NCBI GenBank assembly: GCA_027486095.1
Contig: JAIXPT010000114.1
Coordinates: 1 to 43,911, forward strand
Source of the DNA: Planctomycetaceae bacterium
Lineage (GTDB): Bacteria > Planctomycetota > Planctomycetia > Pirellulales > UBA1268
Length of the DNA: 43,911 nucleotides
Reading direction: 5' to 3'
Under the pieces are notes generated by a model that did not search any database, was not told the DNA's origin, and saw only the letters and a list, made by a program, of their open reading frames with translations. This document shows, in pieces, positions 42,072 through 43,911 of the stretch. The translations under genes were made by a program, and so were the position numbers. Within the stretch, counting starts at the first letter, position 1. Each line of letters begins with the position of its first letter.

Positions 42072-43217
42072 CTATTCTTCGCTGAGGAGCGTGGCCCATC
42101 CCTGGCCGCCGCGGATGTGGGCGAGCACGATCTTCACAGCCGCCAGCATGGGGTAGGCGAGGAACAGGCCGAGCACGCCCCAGGCCCAGCCCCAATACGT
42201 GAGCCAGAGAAACATGAGCGTCGGGTCGAGATTCAGTTCCTTGCCCGACATCTTGATCTCCACGAAGTCGATCCACAACAGCCGGTTCAGCACCAGCAGC
42301 ACCGAGAGGAGGATCGCCTGCGAGAGGTGCGTGAGATCGAGAAAAGCCATGATGACCGGCGGAATGCAGGCCACGATGCTGCCGATATAGGTGATGTAGT
42401 TGGACGCAAAAAACAGGAACGCCCACAGGAGCCAGTGGTCGAGCTCGAAGACAAACATGAGGAGGCCGGCGGTCGCGCCCATGCCGAGGCCGACGACCGT
42501 CTTCACGGCCATGAACCGCTCGATCGACTGCGAGATGCCCTCGCCGATAAGGAGGAGCTTGTCGCCGCGGCCCCCGGGAAAGGCTTTGCGGATCCTGTCC
42601 GGTAGTTTCCGGCTGCCGATGAAGAGAAAGACCAGATAGACGAGCGTGAGGACGAAGATCTCGGCCACGCCGAGCGTGTGGCGAAGCAGGTAGTCGAGCG
42701 CCGACTTCGAGAAGCTGCCGAACAAATCACCGAGAGGTCCGCCTGGTGCCGGCTCGGGAGGGCGGGTCGGCGCGGCCCCCGCCGGGGTGGCTGGAGCAGC
42801 GTCGCCTGAGGCGTCTGCCGGAATCGGCGACGGGCGGTGGCTGCCGGCATCCGCCATCAAGTGGTCGATGTGTGGCAGGGAATTGATCGCCCGCGTGATC
42901 CGTCCCTCGTACTTGGGCCACTTGTTCACGAAGACAGCCGCCTCGCGGTAGACGAGCTGCCCGAAAAGTACCGCGAGGATGATCACGATCCCGAGCAGGC
43001 CGGTGTAGGCCGTGCGCGGCCCGAGCCCGATCCGGGCCAGGGTCTTGGCTCCGAATTGCGTCGCGTAGAACAAAAACACCGCGACCAAAAAAGGCTTCAA
43101 CACCGGCCCGAGCCAGGTAAACGCCGCGGCTGATGCCAGCACGGCGAGCACGACGATTCCGGCCTCGGCAGCTTTGTTCATGCAAGGTGAAGAGGAAGGC
43201 CTGGTCGGGCGTGCCAT
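42072..43217 (-). CDS. AI-2E (PerM/YhhT-like) family transporter
   Basis: 381-aa multi-pass membrane protein with the layout and C-terminal blocks typical of AI-2E permeases (...IGSIVACIPPVIMAFLD..., ...WGWAWGVLGLFLAYPMLA...). Confidence 0.75.
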   Translation of the reverse strand: MARPTRPSSSPCMNKAAEAGIVVLAVLASAAAFTWLGPVLKPFLVAVFLFYATQFGAKTLARIGLGPRTAYTGLLGIVIILAVLFGQLVYREAAVFVNKWPKYEGRITRAINSLPHIDHLMADAGSHRPSPIPADASGDAAPATPAGAAPTRPPEPAPGGPLGDLFGSFSKSALDYLLRHTLGVAEIFVLTLVYLVFLFIGSRKLPDRIRKAFPGGRGDKLLLIGEGISQSIERFMAVKTVVGLGMGATAGLLMFVFELDHWLLWAFLFFASNYITYIGSIVACIPPVIMAFLDLTHLSQAILLSVLLVLNRLLWIDFVEIKMSGKELNLDPTLMFLWLTYWGWAWGVLGLFLAYPMLAAVKIVLAHIRGGQGWATLLSEE

Positions 43218-43337
43218 GGATCACGCAACCATCCATCGTCGCTGGTGTTGTATCATTTGGCGGGCACGCCGGCTCCCCTACTGCTGACCGTTTTTCTCCG
43301 CGTGTGCGGAACGCCCGAGCTTCGCCCACCCCCGCCG

Positions 43338-43911
43338 ATGCCGCTCGTCACGCTCCAAGATCTGTCGCTGCGGTTTCGTGGGCCGCCGTTGCTCGACGAC
43401 GTCACCTGCCACGTCGAGGCCGGGCAGCGGATCGGCCTCCTGGGCCGCAACGGCGCCGGCAAGACCTCGCTCTTGCGGCTCTTGGCGGGCGTGATCGAGC
43501 CCGATGGCGGAGCGGTGGACTACGCGCCGGGAGCGACGGTGGCTCTGCTCCAGCAGGATGTGCCAGAGGATCTGGCCGGCTCGGTGCGCGAGGTGGTGGC
43601 AGCCGGGCTGCCCGCGGCTGCCGCAGACGATGCCGCGTGGCAACGGGAACAGGCCGTCGAGCAGATCATGGCCCGAATGACGCTCGATGGGGCCTCAGCC
43701 TTCGAGGCCCTCTCGGCGGGTATGAAGCGCCGCGTGCTGCTCGCACGGGCGGTGATCGCACAGCCGGATCTCCTCCTGCTCGACGAGCCCACGAACCATC
43801 TCGATATCGAGGCGGTCGAATGGCTCGAGGGGTTTCTCGGCCGCTGGCGGGGCACGCTCGTGTTTGTCACCCACGATCGCACGTTTCTGCGGCGGATGGC
43901 GAGCCGGATCC
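43338..43911 (+). CDS. ABC-F type ATPase, N-terminal part (runs off the window)
   Basis: Open frame from ATG 43338. Walker A GLLGRNGAGKTSLL. Signature LSGGMKRRVLLA. Walker B LLLLDEPTNHLD. No transmembrane part. Confidence 0.85.
   Translation, partial: MPLVTLQDLSLRFRGPPLLDDVTCHVEAGQRIGLLGRNGAGKTSLLRLLAGVIEPDGGAVDYAPGATVALLQQDVPEDLAGSVREVVAAGLPAAAADDAAWQREQAVEQIMARMTLDGASAFEALSAGMKRRVLLARAVIAQPDLLLLDEPTNHLDIEAVEWLEGFLGRWRGTLVFVTHDRTFLRRMASRI

Noticed and set aside
1-43911. CRISPR arrays, rRNA genes, retron/RT or Cas genes
   Set aside because: I found no regularly spaced short direct repeats and no rRNA-like, reverse-transcriptase-like or Cas-like sequence on either strand.

Overview
High-GC bacterial chromosomal DNA. 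I cannot assign a taxon from sequence alone. Positions 1 to about 39.5 kb look like a mosaic mobile/defence island. The last ~4.4 kb are ordinary housekeeping genes: an RluA-family pseudouridine synthase, a MIP channel-arsC-DUF6428 arsenic cluster, an AI-2E transporter and the start of an ABC-F ATPase. Island content, left to right:
- The tail of an IS5-type transposase.
- A P4-like primase-helicase/AlpA module.
- A membrane HIRAN-like protein.
- An RloA/RloB-type ATPase plus Toprim-like pair.
- Mrr.
- A visibly AT-richer orphan P-loop ATPase.
- An alpha/beta-hydrolase-TM protein, bracketed by ~210-bp direct repeats derived from a methyltransferase 3' end.
- A class-1 DISARM-like locus: a 1376-aa N6-adenine methyltransferase, an SNF2 helicase, and a 1746-aa DEAD-helicase/DUF1998 protein with a Vsr/DUF559-like tail. 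It has no PLD gene and has a Fic/HTH (mobile mystery protein) pair embedded in it.
- A divergently transcribed 684-aa protein with 6-7 FCS-type zinc ribbons around a TnsA-like nuclease core.
- A 1374-aa DUF4011/SF1-helicase/Vsr-like protein (Hhe-like).
- Two AbiEi/AbiEii pairs.
- A tRNA-like 3' fragment with its own promoter-like signal and terminator.
- A DUF433/DUF5615 pair.
- An orphan antitoxin with a truncated PIN stub.
- A large serine recombinase interrupted by an in-frame TAG.
- A decayed hicBA pair.
The best candidates for something undescribed are the multi-zinc-ribbon nuclease (possibly working with the adjacent helicase-nuclease), the hydrolase-TM cassette and AT-rich ATPase in the slot downstream of the methyltransferase, and the non-canonical DISARM architecture. 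All family names come from motif recognition by eye. No searches were run.
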